Below, one piece after another: positions 18,805 through 27,054 of a DNA stretch of 32,000 nucleotides. The translations under genes and the position numbers were made by a program. Under the pieces are notes generated by a model. That model ran no database searches and was not told where the DNA came from. It saw nothing but the letters and a program-made list of their open reading frames with translations. This DNA comes from Cuniculiplasma divulgatum (GTDB taxonomy: Archaea; Thermoplasmatota; Thermoplasmata; Thermoplasmatales; Thermoplasmataceae): NCBI RefSeq assembly GCF_900083515.1, contig NZ_LT671858.1, forward strand, positions 240,001 through 272,000, written 5' to 3'. Each line of letters starts with the position of its first letter. Within the stretch, counting starts at the first letter, position 1.

Positions 18805-20078
18805 TAGAAATCAACCAGTCTCTTCTGCCTCTTTTGATTTCTTATAATCCACGACAGATCTTTTGCATTTTCGATACCCAGTTTGGATTCCTTTAAGAAT
18901 TCATCATTAGAAGAAAATCTTACTGGCCTGTTTTTTAATGCTTCTCTGACAGAGCTCCTTATAACCCATACCCCTAAAGGAGAATGATATTCTGAACCAA
19001 TGGTTCTTACAACGATTACAGAGGCCTGTTTTCCTATGGATCTGAGGTATCTTGCAACCGATAATCTTGCTGCATAGTATGCCCCCGTTATATTCGAAGC
19101 ATAGTTAGTTCTTCCCTTAATCCCTTCATAATCAATGGAAACAGAACCCTGACCCCACAGGGAACCTCTATTCCATTGTTCCAGCATTTCAAAGGAGAAA
19201 GGTCCTGGAAAGAGTACAACCTGAAATGAATTACCCACATAGTTCATGTTGAATTGCATGATATCCGAGATCCATGGTGAGTGAATTATATCCTTCTTTA
19301 ATTCTTTGAAAAGAATATCATCAGTAGCAGTTATTGCCCATCTCGTGGGCACCATCTTCCTCTGGTGATCTATTCCTATCAAACCACCAGCAAGTATGTT
19401 CTGCAGATATTCTGGCTGGAATCCCTCCTGGAATAGTTTAAACAGGCCTTCCGATGATTTTAGATCATTATCTCCATGAATGTAATCAACCATCCTTGGT
19501 ATCTTAGGGTTTCCCGTAACTCTAAGGTTTGAGACCATTGCAGTCGATCCAACCGGGGTGTCAAAGAAGTCACCCGTGTCTGGGCCATGCATGGAGAAAT
19601 GTTCAGTCTTGAATGCAATTTCAAATGGTTTTATGGAAGAAGCACTTTCCAGTATATATTCGTGAAATTTTTCATCCGGTCTTCTAATCGACATTTTTGA
19701 AGCCGTTCTATAGACATTCGAATTCATGGAAATCACCTCTTCCAGTTTCATTCCAAATCTTTCCTTTCCGTAATCAAAAACATCAGGATTAAAGAGAGCA
19801 GTTGGGCCGGCAAGAACCTCTGGATAACCATAACTACCAACAAATATGCCAGGAGGTGTGTCAGCCTCAGCATCTCCGCTGACTATTTTTAACTCTAGGC
19901 CACTGGATTTTAAATTTTTTATTATGGGGCAATATCCAAGTCCACAAAGATTCTTTTTTGCCTTACATGAACTGCAATACGGAAACACTATGTTATACAT
20001 GAATAATGAACTAATAATTTTATCTTTTGTGTAACGAATAATTTTTGCCATGAAAGGAATATTAAATCTAACTTTCAC
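18804..20078 (-). CDS. nreA: Nre-family archaeal DNA repair protein (DUF650/DUF651 type)
   Basis: The 424-aa ORF has the N-terminal Cys cluster CSSCKAKKNLCGLGYCPI typical of Nre proteins. Its extreme C-terminus QKRLVDF resembles a PCNA-interacting (PIP) box. The start may be the internal MAKIIRY. Confidence 0.75.
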   Translation of the reverse strand: MKVRFNIPFMAKIIRYTKDKIISSLFMYNIVFPYCSSCKAKKNLCGLGYCPIIKNLKSSGLELKIVSGDAEADTPPGIFVGSYGYPEVLAGPTALFNPDVFDYGKERFGMKLEEVISMNSNVYRTASKMSIRRPDEKFHEYILESASSIKPFEIAFKTEHFSMHGPDTGDFFDTPVGSTAMVSNLRVTGNPKIPRMVDYIHGDNDLKSSEGLFKLFQEGFQPEYLQNILAGGLIGIDHQRKMVPTRWAITATDDILFKELKKDIIHSPWISDIMQFNMNYVGNSFQVVLFPGPFSFEMLEQWNRGSLWGQGSVSIDYEGIKGRTNYASNITGAYYAARLSVARYLRSIGKQASVIVVRTIGSEYHSPLGVWVIRSSVREALKNRPVRFSSNDEFLKESKLGIENAKDLSWIIRNQKRQKRLVDF

Positions 20079-20433
20079 TTCATATCAGAGTGTAATGTAT
20101 GAAAATTCAAAGTCAATAGAGCAGCTTGGCTATGTAAAGAGAAATGTGTTATTGTTCATATCATTATTAATAACGTGTAGGTATTAATTGGTTCTTCGAA
20201 GGGATATTACATAGATTTTCTTCTGAAAAATTTTGAAACTTTAGTATGCGTAATCATAGGCGGGTACAAACAAACACTCTCTTATTCTAACAAAGGAATA
20301 TAGACCAGTGATTCCTCTCAAAATAAGAATCAAGTCATATTAATAATACAGACCGGTTGATGCAAAGCAACAAAAGGAAAAATTAGAAAAGATTTATTAG
20401 AGAAACATGTTAAGGGAGTTAAGGTGAAAATAA

Positions 20434-21138
20434 ATGCAACAGGGACAAATGGCATACGATAGAGCAATTACAGTTTTCTCCCCTGATGGGAGACTTTTTC
20501 AGGTTGAATACGCAAGAGAAGCAGTAAAAAGAGGTTCCACTGCTCTTGGAATCAAGTTCAAAGATGGTGTGCTTCTTATCTCAGAAAAAAGACCAAGAAG
20601 CAAGTTAATGGAACAGAACTCTCTGGAAAAAATTCAGTTAATCGATGATTTCGTAGGCTGTGTTACATCAGGTCTTGGAGCCGATGCAAGGGTCCTAATA
20701 GATTTTGCAAGAATTGTAACACAACAGGAAAAGGTTAGCTACGGGTCTCTGGTAAACATAGAAAATCTTGTCAAGAAAGTAGCAGACCAGATGCAACAGT
20801 ACACACAGTATGGTGGAGTAAGACCATATGGGGTATCTATAATATTTGCAGGTATAGATCAGGTAGGAGCAAGGCTCTTTGATTCAGATCCATCTGGAGT
20901 CATTAACGAATACAAGGCAACTGCAATAGGAGCAGGGAGAGATCAGGTTCTTAACTATCTTGAAAAGGAATATAAGGAAGACGCAGACGAAAAGACAGCA
21001 ATTGGTATTGGTATTGCAGCACTTAAATCTTCAATGGAGGAAGGAGCAGAATACAAGACTCCAGAAGTGGCATCAATCAGAAGCGACTCAACTTTCAAAA
21101 TATTTACCAAGGAAGAAATTGAGAAACTGGTAAAATAA
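20434..21138 (+). CDS. psmA: 20S proteasome alpha subunit
   Basis: The 234-aa ORF begins [39 protein letters not shown] and contains [10 protein letters not shown], which nearly matches my recollection of T. acidophilum PsmA. An SD-like AAGGTGA lies 8 nt upstream. Confidence 0.97.
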   Translation: MQQGQMAYDRAITVFSPDGRLFQVEYAREAVKRGSTALGIKFKDGVLLISEKRPRSKLMEQNSLEKIQLIDDFVGCVTSGLGADARVLIDFARIVTQQEKVSYGSLVNIENLVKKVADQMQQYTQYGGVRPYGVSIIFAGIDQVGARLFDSDPSGVINEYKATAIGAGRDQVLNYLEKEYKEDADEKTAIGIGIAALKSSMEEGAEYKTPEVASIRSDSTFKIFTKEEIEKLVK

Positions 21139-21175
21139 AGAAAAGATTTTAAACCAATATTATTTTTATTACACC

Positions 21176-21595
21176 ATGAACGAAGCAAAAGTTATTAAGG
21201 ATGTTTTAAAGGGAAATAAGAGTGTAGCGGTAGTCGGAATTAGCAATAAAACTGACAGGGATAGTTATAAAGTTTCCAAATATCTAATGGATCATGGTTT
21301 TAAGGTAATACCAATCAACCCAACTTTTGATCAATGGGAAGGTCTCAAATGTTATCCGGACTTAAAATCAGCGTCAAAGGAACACAAGATAGATGTTGTA
21401 GATATCTTCAGAAAGTCAGAGGCAGTTGTTCCAGTTGTGGAAGAATCCTTAACCATAAAGCCAGAGTTTATATGGATGCAGCTTGGTGTAGAGAATATGG
21501 AAGCGGCAAAACTTGCTGAAGAAAACTCCATAAAAGTCATAATGAATAAATGTATTATGGAGGAACATAAGAAAATGAATGTCGGGGTAGCCTAG
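21176..21595 (+). CDS. CoA-binding domain protein (YccU/YneT-like)
   Basis: The 139-aa ORF has KSVAVVGISNK..., FKVIPINP, KIDVVDIFRKSE and FIWMQLG. The last 5 codons plus the stop (NVGVA*) lie inside the tRNA-Ser gene. Confidence 0.85.
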   Translation: MNEAKVIKDVLKGNKSVAVVGISNKTDRDSYKVSKYLMDHGFKVIPINPTFDQWEGLKCYPDLKSASKEHKIDVVDIFRKSEAVVPVVEESLTIKPEFIWMQLGVENMEAAKLAEENSIKVIMNKCIMEEHKKMNVGVA

Positions 21596-21663
21596 CCCGG
21601 TAAGGCGGTAGATTCGAAATCTACCGCTCTTGTAGCTCGGGAGTTCAAATCTCCCCCCCGGCG
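21581..21663 (+). tRNA. tRNA-Ser (anticodon CGA), class II with long variable arm
   Basis: I hand-folded an 83-nt structure. The acceptor is GTCGGGG/CCCCGGC with one T-G pair and the D stem is GCCT/AGGC. The anticodon stem is GTAGA/TCTAC with loop TTCGAAA. The variable arm is 14 nt and the T arm is GGGAG-TTCAAAT-CTCCC. The discriminator is G and no CCA is encoded. Confidence 0.9.
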
Positions 21664-21669
21664 TAGAAG

Positions 21670-21676
21670 TTTTTTT
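21670..21676 (+). terminator. Oligo-T tract (T7) immediately after tRNA-Ser, a likely archaeal transcription terminator
   Basis: TTTTTTT begins 7 nt after the tRNA discriminator base. Archaeal RNA polymerase terminates at oligo-T tracts. Confidence 0.5.
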
Positions 21677-22014
21677 AATGAAATACTGAGAAATTTTAAC
21701 TAAATCGGTTTCTCTTGTGAATCGTTATGTTCAAGAAACTCACTACTCAATACAGTACATACAGGAAACGTATGCAAAGAAGAGCAGACTTATAGTGCAA
21801 GTTGATCCAGTTCTTCGTATTTTTTATTAAGGTAATGAAGTGAGCTCCTTAAAATTTAATTTGATAATTGTAAGTACTTAGAAATATCAAGTTTATAACG
21901 TAAAATAAACGATTTTCACCCTTATTAAAACTCCAATTATAACACTTTTAAGCATTGGAAAAATTTAATTATGAATAGATATTATTATCATAAAATAGAG
22001 AGTTGTAGATAGGA

Positions 22015-22374
22015 ATGATAAATTTGGGTATATTGGAATTACTATTAGTGGTAATAGTAATGTCTGAAATTACCATTTTGGTATACAGTCCGCTTTCAAA
22101 CAACAAAAAACTTAAGAAAAGATTCGATATATTTCTTTTTAGACGGACGTTATTTGGATTTTATAATAGAGACATAATAGCCGCTTTTGGAATCGCATTG
22201 TTATTTTTTGTTGCAGGATTTATACCTGTTAATATGTACGGAGTATATTTAGAATTCTTTTTAGGTTTCATAGGATTAATATATATGTTGTCAAAAATAA
22301 TAGCATCAGAAAAGGAGATAAAAAGAATCACTGGTAATTATTATTTCTTCCCACCAGAAGGAATTTACCGTTAG
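22015..22374 (+). CDS. Hypothetical small membrane protein (about 3 TM), orphan
   Basis: The 119-aa ORF is very AT-rich. It has hydrophobic helices (ILELLLVVIVMSEITILVY, IIAAFGIALLFFVAGFIPV, VYLEFFLGFIGLIYML). It lies in the tRNA-Ser-adjacent segment. Confidence 0.45.
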   Translation: MINLGILELLLVVIVMSEITILVYSPLSNNKKLKKRFDIFLFRRTLFGFYNRDIIAAFGIALLFFVAGFIPVNMYGVYLEFFLGFIGLIYMLSKIIASEKEIKRITGNYYFFPPEGIYR

Positions 22375-22995
22375 AAAACACTAACTTCACATTTATTTAA
22401 GGACAAACTCGTGTATTTTTGATCAAACGTCACATGAAGAGTAAAACTAATTTCTTACCTGGGAACCATACAATGAATTATAAATTTTATTTTGTAACAA
22501 GTTGGTAACTGCGTGATTATGGGGAACAATACCTTATATCAACACTAAAGCCGCCCAATAAGCAAGACATAAGGTAAAGTTAAACAAAATTAATAGGGAA
22601 ATTCTATCCGCAGTAAATACGAAATATCCACTTAAAGTGGTATATATTAAAAAATCAGGGCTTTCATAAAACCTTAGATTTATCTCTTTTCAGAAATCTC
22701 AATTGATTTACATGTAAATGTAAAATAGCCCTCCAATTCTTTAGCAATTCCAACATTTAACTACGGATATATTTGCTCTAATTTCAATTTCATGATATTA
22801 TCTCCATCTTTATTAAATTGGAAAAATTTTTGGTATTCTATAAAAGTATCACTTATTAGCTTTTTTATCGCGCGGATATACCCTAGTATTTTTGAAGTTT
22901 CTCTTAAAAAATAGACTCCTATAATCCAATTAACGAAGTGGAATTTGGTTCAAAATGCTAAGTAATATGAGTTGTGAGTTATGTATTTATCCTAA

Positions 22996-23015
22996 ATAAT
23001 GTAAAATAATGTAAA
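22996..23015 (+). repeat. Perfect tandem direct repeat, 2 x ATAATGTAAA, just upstream of a TATA-like box (TTTAAATTTA, 23018-23027) and about 30 nt before the 23047 ATG
   Basis: I read it directly as ataatgtaaa|ataatgtaaa. Its position corresponds to a BRE or operator site for a leaderless or short-leader transcript. Confidence 0.6.
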
Positions 23016-23046
23016 AGTTTAAATTTATCACAGGAATGTATTCTGT

Positions 23047-23343
23047 ATGTCTAAAATAGGGCTAAAAATAGATGGGATGACCTATGAAAGATTAAAATGG
23101 TTAAAAACTAGATTTGAGTTCGTATATGAGAATAACATGAGCTGGGACGAATTCTTTCAGGCTATTGTCAAGGATAGCCTTCTCATTCTTGCCCAGGATC
23201 TTATCAATCTAAAGAAAGGAAAATTGACTGTGAACGAGATTTTAGAGTTATTAAGTGGATCTAATGACTCTATAGCAGGTGAATTAAAAGCTCACATGAT
23301 CAATGCAGGGCTGATATCTCGTGGTGATATTTCCACACAATGA
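23047..23343 (+). CDS. Small ribbon-helix-helix-like (CopG/Arc-type) putative DNA-binding protein with an extra C-terminal helical region
   Basis: The 98-aa ORF has an N-terminus that fits a beta-alpha-alpha RHH layout. KIGLKID would be the strand, GMTYERLKWLKTRFEFV helix 1 and NNMSWDEFFQAIVKDSL helix 2 (compare the G-x-S/T...Ai pattern). This is inferred from the pattern only. Confidence 0.5.
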   Translation: MSKIGLKIDGMTYERLKWLKTRFEFVYENNMSWDEFFQAIVKDSLLILAQDLINLKKGKLTVNEILELLSGSNDSIAGELKAHMINAGLISRGDISTQ

Positions 23344-23351
23344 GGGATTAG

Positions 23352-24050
23352 ATGACTGAACGGGAGAAACCAAAGGTCAGAGTAACATTTTCAGAGAACA
23401 GGAGGCGGGTAAGCCCAGTGCACTATAAAGATTTTCTAAAATACTTTATAATTTTAGCAACCACAATAGTGGTATCAGAATTTATTCTAAATTTTTCAGG
23501 AACACTGAGTTTTGGCATTAACGAGGCCTTAATAGATTTCTTTGCATTAACTGCTTCATTTATTATTATTGGCTTTTTCACTATACCTGTAATGAGGACT
23601 AAAGAATACAAGAGCAGGAGTCTTGCAATCTTGGAAATTGCGGGGGGTCTTGTGTTAATCCAGATTGCTTGTTTAGTAATTTTTTATCTTCTTTATCCAA
23701 AACTTAATTCAATATTATATTTTTATGCGTTTATAATTTCTGAAATAGTATACCAAGTGGCCTTTAATTTTACTTTAAGAAGATATAAATTTCGCAGAAG
23801 ATTTTTTTCCATTCAAATTGGTAATGGAGTAAAAATTGTTAAGAATTCAGATGGATACATCGAATCCATAGGGCGGTCCGACTTAATAACTGATGATATA
23901 AAGAAAATTATAGAGGATAAAATAAAAGGTAAAATTAGCGAAAACGAGTTCTATGATATCATTTCTCATCTAGATTCAACGATGAAAGAGATGGTCTTAT
24001 CGTTAATTTCAGGAATAGAGGATAGAATGAAAAATAAACATCGATTGTAG
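23352..24050 (+). CDS. Hypothetical 4-TM membrane protein with a C-terminal soluble helical domain of about 90 aa
   Basis: The 232-aa ORF starts 8 nt after the preceding stop and is preceded by GAGGG. It has four hydrophobic helices between residues ~28 and 140, then RRYKFRRRFF and a charged C-terminal domain. No family is recognised. Confidence 0.55.
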   Translation: MTEREKPKVRVTFSENRRRVSPVHYKDFLKYFIILATTIVVSEFILNFSGTLSFGINEALIDFFALTASFIIIGFFTIPVMRTKEYKSRSLAILEIAGGLVLIQIACLVIFYLLYPKLNSILYFYAFIISEIVYQVAFNFTLRRYKFRRRFFSIQIGNGVKIVKNSDGYIESIGRSDLITDDIKKIIEDKIKGKISENEFYDIISHLDSTMKEMVLSLISGIEDRMKNKHRL

Positions 24051-24400
24051 ATAATTTAATCAACATTATTTATTGGAGCACTCTCATTTTTGTTAGCTTA
24101 GTTGGAGAAAAATTCTATCTCAAACGTAATTCCTTTTATCTTAATCTCATTTCACTAATTTCCAACATTACCAAGTAGTAATATCACAAGAAAAGTATTG
24201 GTATTATTTCCGATAAATATAGAAGGATGTGAAAGTATTAATATATTTAGAACTGCCAATCCAATATTGTGTAACAGTTAAGTCTTACAAATGTAAAAAA
24301 ATAAGCAACCTACTTCTATACATTTATATTGTTGGAAAAATGTTTAAAAAAATTTATAGCAAGTAGAAATATAGTATTGAATAAGGAAAGTGACAAAATC

Positions 24401-26137
24401 ATGGATCAAAATGAAGTTATCGTCAGAGTAGGCGGTGCTGCAGGAGACGGTGTTCAGTCTGCAGGGCTAATAATAGCAAGGGTTTTTTCGAGGAGCGGAT
24501 TATATGTCTCCACTTACAACTACTATCAGAGTATAATAAGAGGTGGGCAGAGCTGGTATCAGGTAAGAGCTTCAATAAAGAAAGTGAAAAATCAAGGAGA
24601 CGATTTAGACATCCTCATTGCACTAAATAAGGATGCACTGGAAAGACACACAAATCCTGAGATAAATGAAGGTGGAGCATCACCTGTTAAAGGTATTGTT
24701 GTTTACGACAAAAGCGTAGGAGAGTTCAAGAAATTTGATGGCATAAAATACTGTGAAATGTCCCTTGGTGAAATTGCGCAGAAATATAGTAAGAACACTC
24801 TTCTGAAAAATACAGTAGCTATAGGAGCAGTTTTTGGATATCTTTCAATTGATTTTGAAGAACTTGCAAACGTAATACGAGACCAGTTTGGAGGGAAGGG
24901 CGAAATAGCAGAACTCAATGTAAAGGCAGCTCAGGAAGGTTATGATACCTTCGTGCAAAAATATGGGAAAGCAGCAAAAGAACTAAAAACGCCAAAGAAG
25001 AAGATGTATCTTATGGCCGGTGGTGAGGCTGCAGGATTGGGAGCAGTAAGAGCAGGATTAAAAGCATATTTCGGATATCCTATGACTCCCGCATCTTCCA
25101 TTATTCATTATCTCGCATCACATGAAAAGAAATTCAATGTGTTTGTTAAAATAACGGAAGACGAAATTTCAGCAATTAACATGGCCATAGGGGCCAATTA
25201 TGCTGGAATCAGGGCAATGACAGGTTCATCTGGTGGAGGTTTTGCTTTAATGACTGAAGCAGTGGGGATGGCTGCTGAGATGGAAATACCATTAGTTGTG
25301 TATGAGGCACAGAGGGCAGGTCCGTCAACTGGACTTCCAACAAAAACTGAGCAGGGCGATCTACTTCAGGTTTTAGGTGCATCACAGGGAGATTTTCCAA
25401 AGGCAATATTCTCACCAAGAAATATTGAAGAAACCTATTACATGGTAGGAGAGGCATTAAATCTGGCTGAAAAATATCAGATTCCAGTCTTTTTCATGGT
25501 AGATCTTTATCTTGCAGAACATGATGAAACAGTCGAAAATTTGAAACTTGATTCTAATATAGAAAGGGGGCAGTTTGCAACAGGAAATGAGAAAAATTAC
25601 AAGAGATATGAATTCACTGAAAATGGAATCTCATTAAGAGCCTTACCTGGAACCCCAAATTTAATGCATAACGAGGATTCAGATGAGCACGATGAAAAAG
25701 GAGACGTTGTTAGTGATGCTGTAACTGATCCGCTTATTCGAAGAAAAGTAATGGAAAAAAGAATGAAGAAAATGGACCTGTTAAAAAAGGAACTCCCTCC
25801 AACACCCCAGTATAGATTGGAAGATGCTGAGTATGCGGTTGTGCAGTGGGGATCCACACAGGGTGCAGTTGAGGAAGCAGTTGATATACTCAGGAATAAG
25901 GGAATTAAGGTTGGAGCAATTGAAGTGAACAGACCTTACCCAGTAAATCCAGATATATTGAAACTTACAAAGGGAAAGAAAAAGATAATATTTGTAGAAA
26001 ATAACTACACAGGACAGTTATTAAGACTAATTAAGTCGGAACTAAATCTTGAAGCAGATCTGATTACCAAGTATGATGGTGAATCGTTCTACCCAGGAAA
26101 GCTGGCTGAAGACATAGAGAAAAAAATAAAGGAGTGA
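24401..26137 (+). CDS. korA: 2-oxoacid:ferredoxin oxidoreductase, fused gamma/alpha subunit
   Basis: The track ORF starts at TTG 24329. The ATG at 24401 (MDQNEVIVRVGGAAGDGVQSAG, a gamma-domain start) is more likely. The alpha domain has GYPMTPAS and EAQRAGPSTGLPTKTEQGDL. Confidence 0.9.
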   Translation: MDQNEVIVRVGGAAGDGVQSAGLIIARVFSRSGLYVSTYNYYQSIIRGGQSWYQVRASIKKVKNQGDDLDILIALNKDALERHTNPEINEGGASPVKGIVVYDKSVGEFKKFDGIKYCEMSLGEIAQKYSKNTLLKNTVAIGAVFGYLSIDFEELANVIRDQFGGKGEIAELNVKAAQEGYDTFVQKYGKAAKELKTPKKKMYLMAGGEAAGLGAVRAGLKAYFGYPMTPASSIIHYLASHEKKFNVFVKITEDEISAINMAIGANYAGIRAMTGSSGGGFALMTEAVGMAAEMEIPLVVYEAQRAGPSTGLPTKTEQGDLLQVLGASQGDFPKAIFSPRNIEETYYMVGEALNLAEKYQIPVFFMVDLYLAEHDETVENLKLDSNIERGQFATGNEKNYKRYEFTENGISLRALPGTPNLMHNEDSDEHDEKGDVVSDAVTDPLIRRKVMEKRMKKMDLLKKELPPTPQYRLEDAEYAVVQWGSTQGAVEEAVDILRNKGIKVGAIEVNRPYPVNPDILKLTKGKKKIIFVENNYTGQLLRLIKSELNLEADLITKYDGESFYPGKLAEDIEKKIKE

Positions 26138-26994
26138 AAAAAATGGTTACATTAGCAGATTTTAAAGGAACGGTAAAAGCAGATTGGTGCCCAGGATGTG
26201 GAAATTTTGCACAATTGACTGCAATACCAATGGCACTGGCAGAGTTAGGTATTAAACCACAAGACACTGTGATAGTATCTGGTATAGGTTGTTCAAGCAA
26301 CATGCCGGAATTTGTAAAGGCATATGGATTTCATGGAATACATGGTAGATCACTTCCCGCTGCTTCGGGAATAAAATGGGCAAATCCTGAATTAACAGTG
26401 ATTGCCTATGGTGGAGATGGTGACGGTTTCAATGAGGGTACACAACATTTTTACCATGCAGCAAGGAGAAATCCGGACATAACATACATAGTTTCAGATA
26501 ATCAAATATTCGGGCTTACAACAGGGCAGGCATCTCCAACATCAAGGCTTGGAATGAGAACAAAGACCACTCCGGATGGAAATATTGAACCTCCAATAAA
26601 CCCAGTTACAATGGCTCTCAATGCAGGTGCGACATTTGTGGCAAGAGAATTTTCAGGGGATGTTAAACATATGCAGGCAACAATAAAGAAAGCCATTCAG
26701 CACAAAGGGTTCTCGTTCATCGATGTTTTCAGTCCATGTGTGACTTACAACAAAGATAATACCTACGATTTCTTCAGGAAGAGAGTATACAAAGTGGAAG
26801 ATGAAAAACACGATCCCACAGACTTTATGGCAGCGTATAAAAGGGCAGATGAGTGGGGAGATAAAATACCAATCGGAATCTTTTACGAAGCTAATGACAT
26901 GACATATGAGGAAAGGGATTCAGTGATGAAAACTCCACTTATAAAACAACCAATAACAAAGTTAACAGAAGAAGTTCTTCAGGAATTTTACTGA
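26134..26994 (+). CDS. korB: 2-oxoacid:ferredoxin oxidoreductase, beta (TPP-binding) subunit
   Basis: The 286-aa ORF has WCPGCGNF, GIGCSS and GGDGDGF. The track start is GTG 26134, which overlaps the korA stop. The ATG at 26143, with AAGGAG 8-9 nt upstream, is the likelier start. Confidence 0.92.
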   Translation: MKKMVTLADFKGTVKADWCPGCGNFAQLTAIPMALAELGIKPQDTVIVSGIGCSSNMPEFVKAYGFHGIHGRSLPAASGIKWANPELTVIAYGGDGDGFNEGTQHFYHAARRNPDITYIVSDNQIFGLTTGQASPTSRLGMRTKTTPDGNIEPPINPVTMALNAGATFVAREFSGDVKHMQATIKKAIQHKGFSFIDVFSPCVTYNKDNTYDFFRKRVYKVEDEKHDPTDFMAAYKRADEWGDKIPIGIFYEANDMTYEERDSVMKTPLIKQPITKLTEEVLQEFY

Positions 26995-27054
26995 TCTCCC
27001 TGAAGTTTACTTCACTTTTATAAAATTTATTATACTCTCTTTAAATTCACTCCC

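Noticed and set aside
24094-24105. TAGCTTAGTTGG, a tRNA D-arm-like string downstream of the cassette, considered as a possible tRNA remnant or att site
   Set aside because: No flanking acceptor, anticodon or T-arm pairing can be drawn. It resembles the D-arm of tRNA-Ile rather than the adjacent tRNA-Ser and is too short to be meaningful.
22712-24300. Recurrent (A)TGTAAA(A) motif at 22712-22725, 22996-23015 and 24291-24300, considered as a possible att or operator network for the island
   Set aside because: The same short A/T-rich word also occurs inside ordinary coding regions (for example near 10275, 14766 and 30398). Scattered copies are therefore compatible with background composition. 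I kept only the perfect tandem 10-mer at 22996-23015.
21664-24400. Calling the tRNA-Ser-adjacent segment a mobile element or integrated virus
   Set aside because: By eye I found no integrase, transposase, terminal inverted repeats or duplicated tRNA 3' fragment. It is reported only as a compositional and coding-density anomaly.
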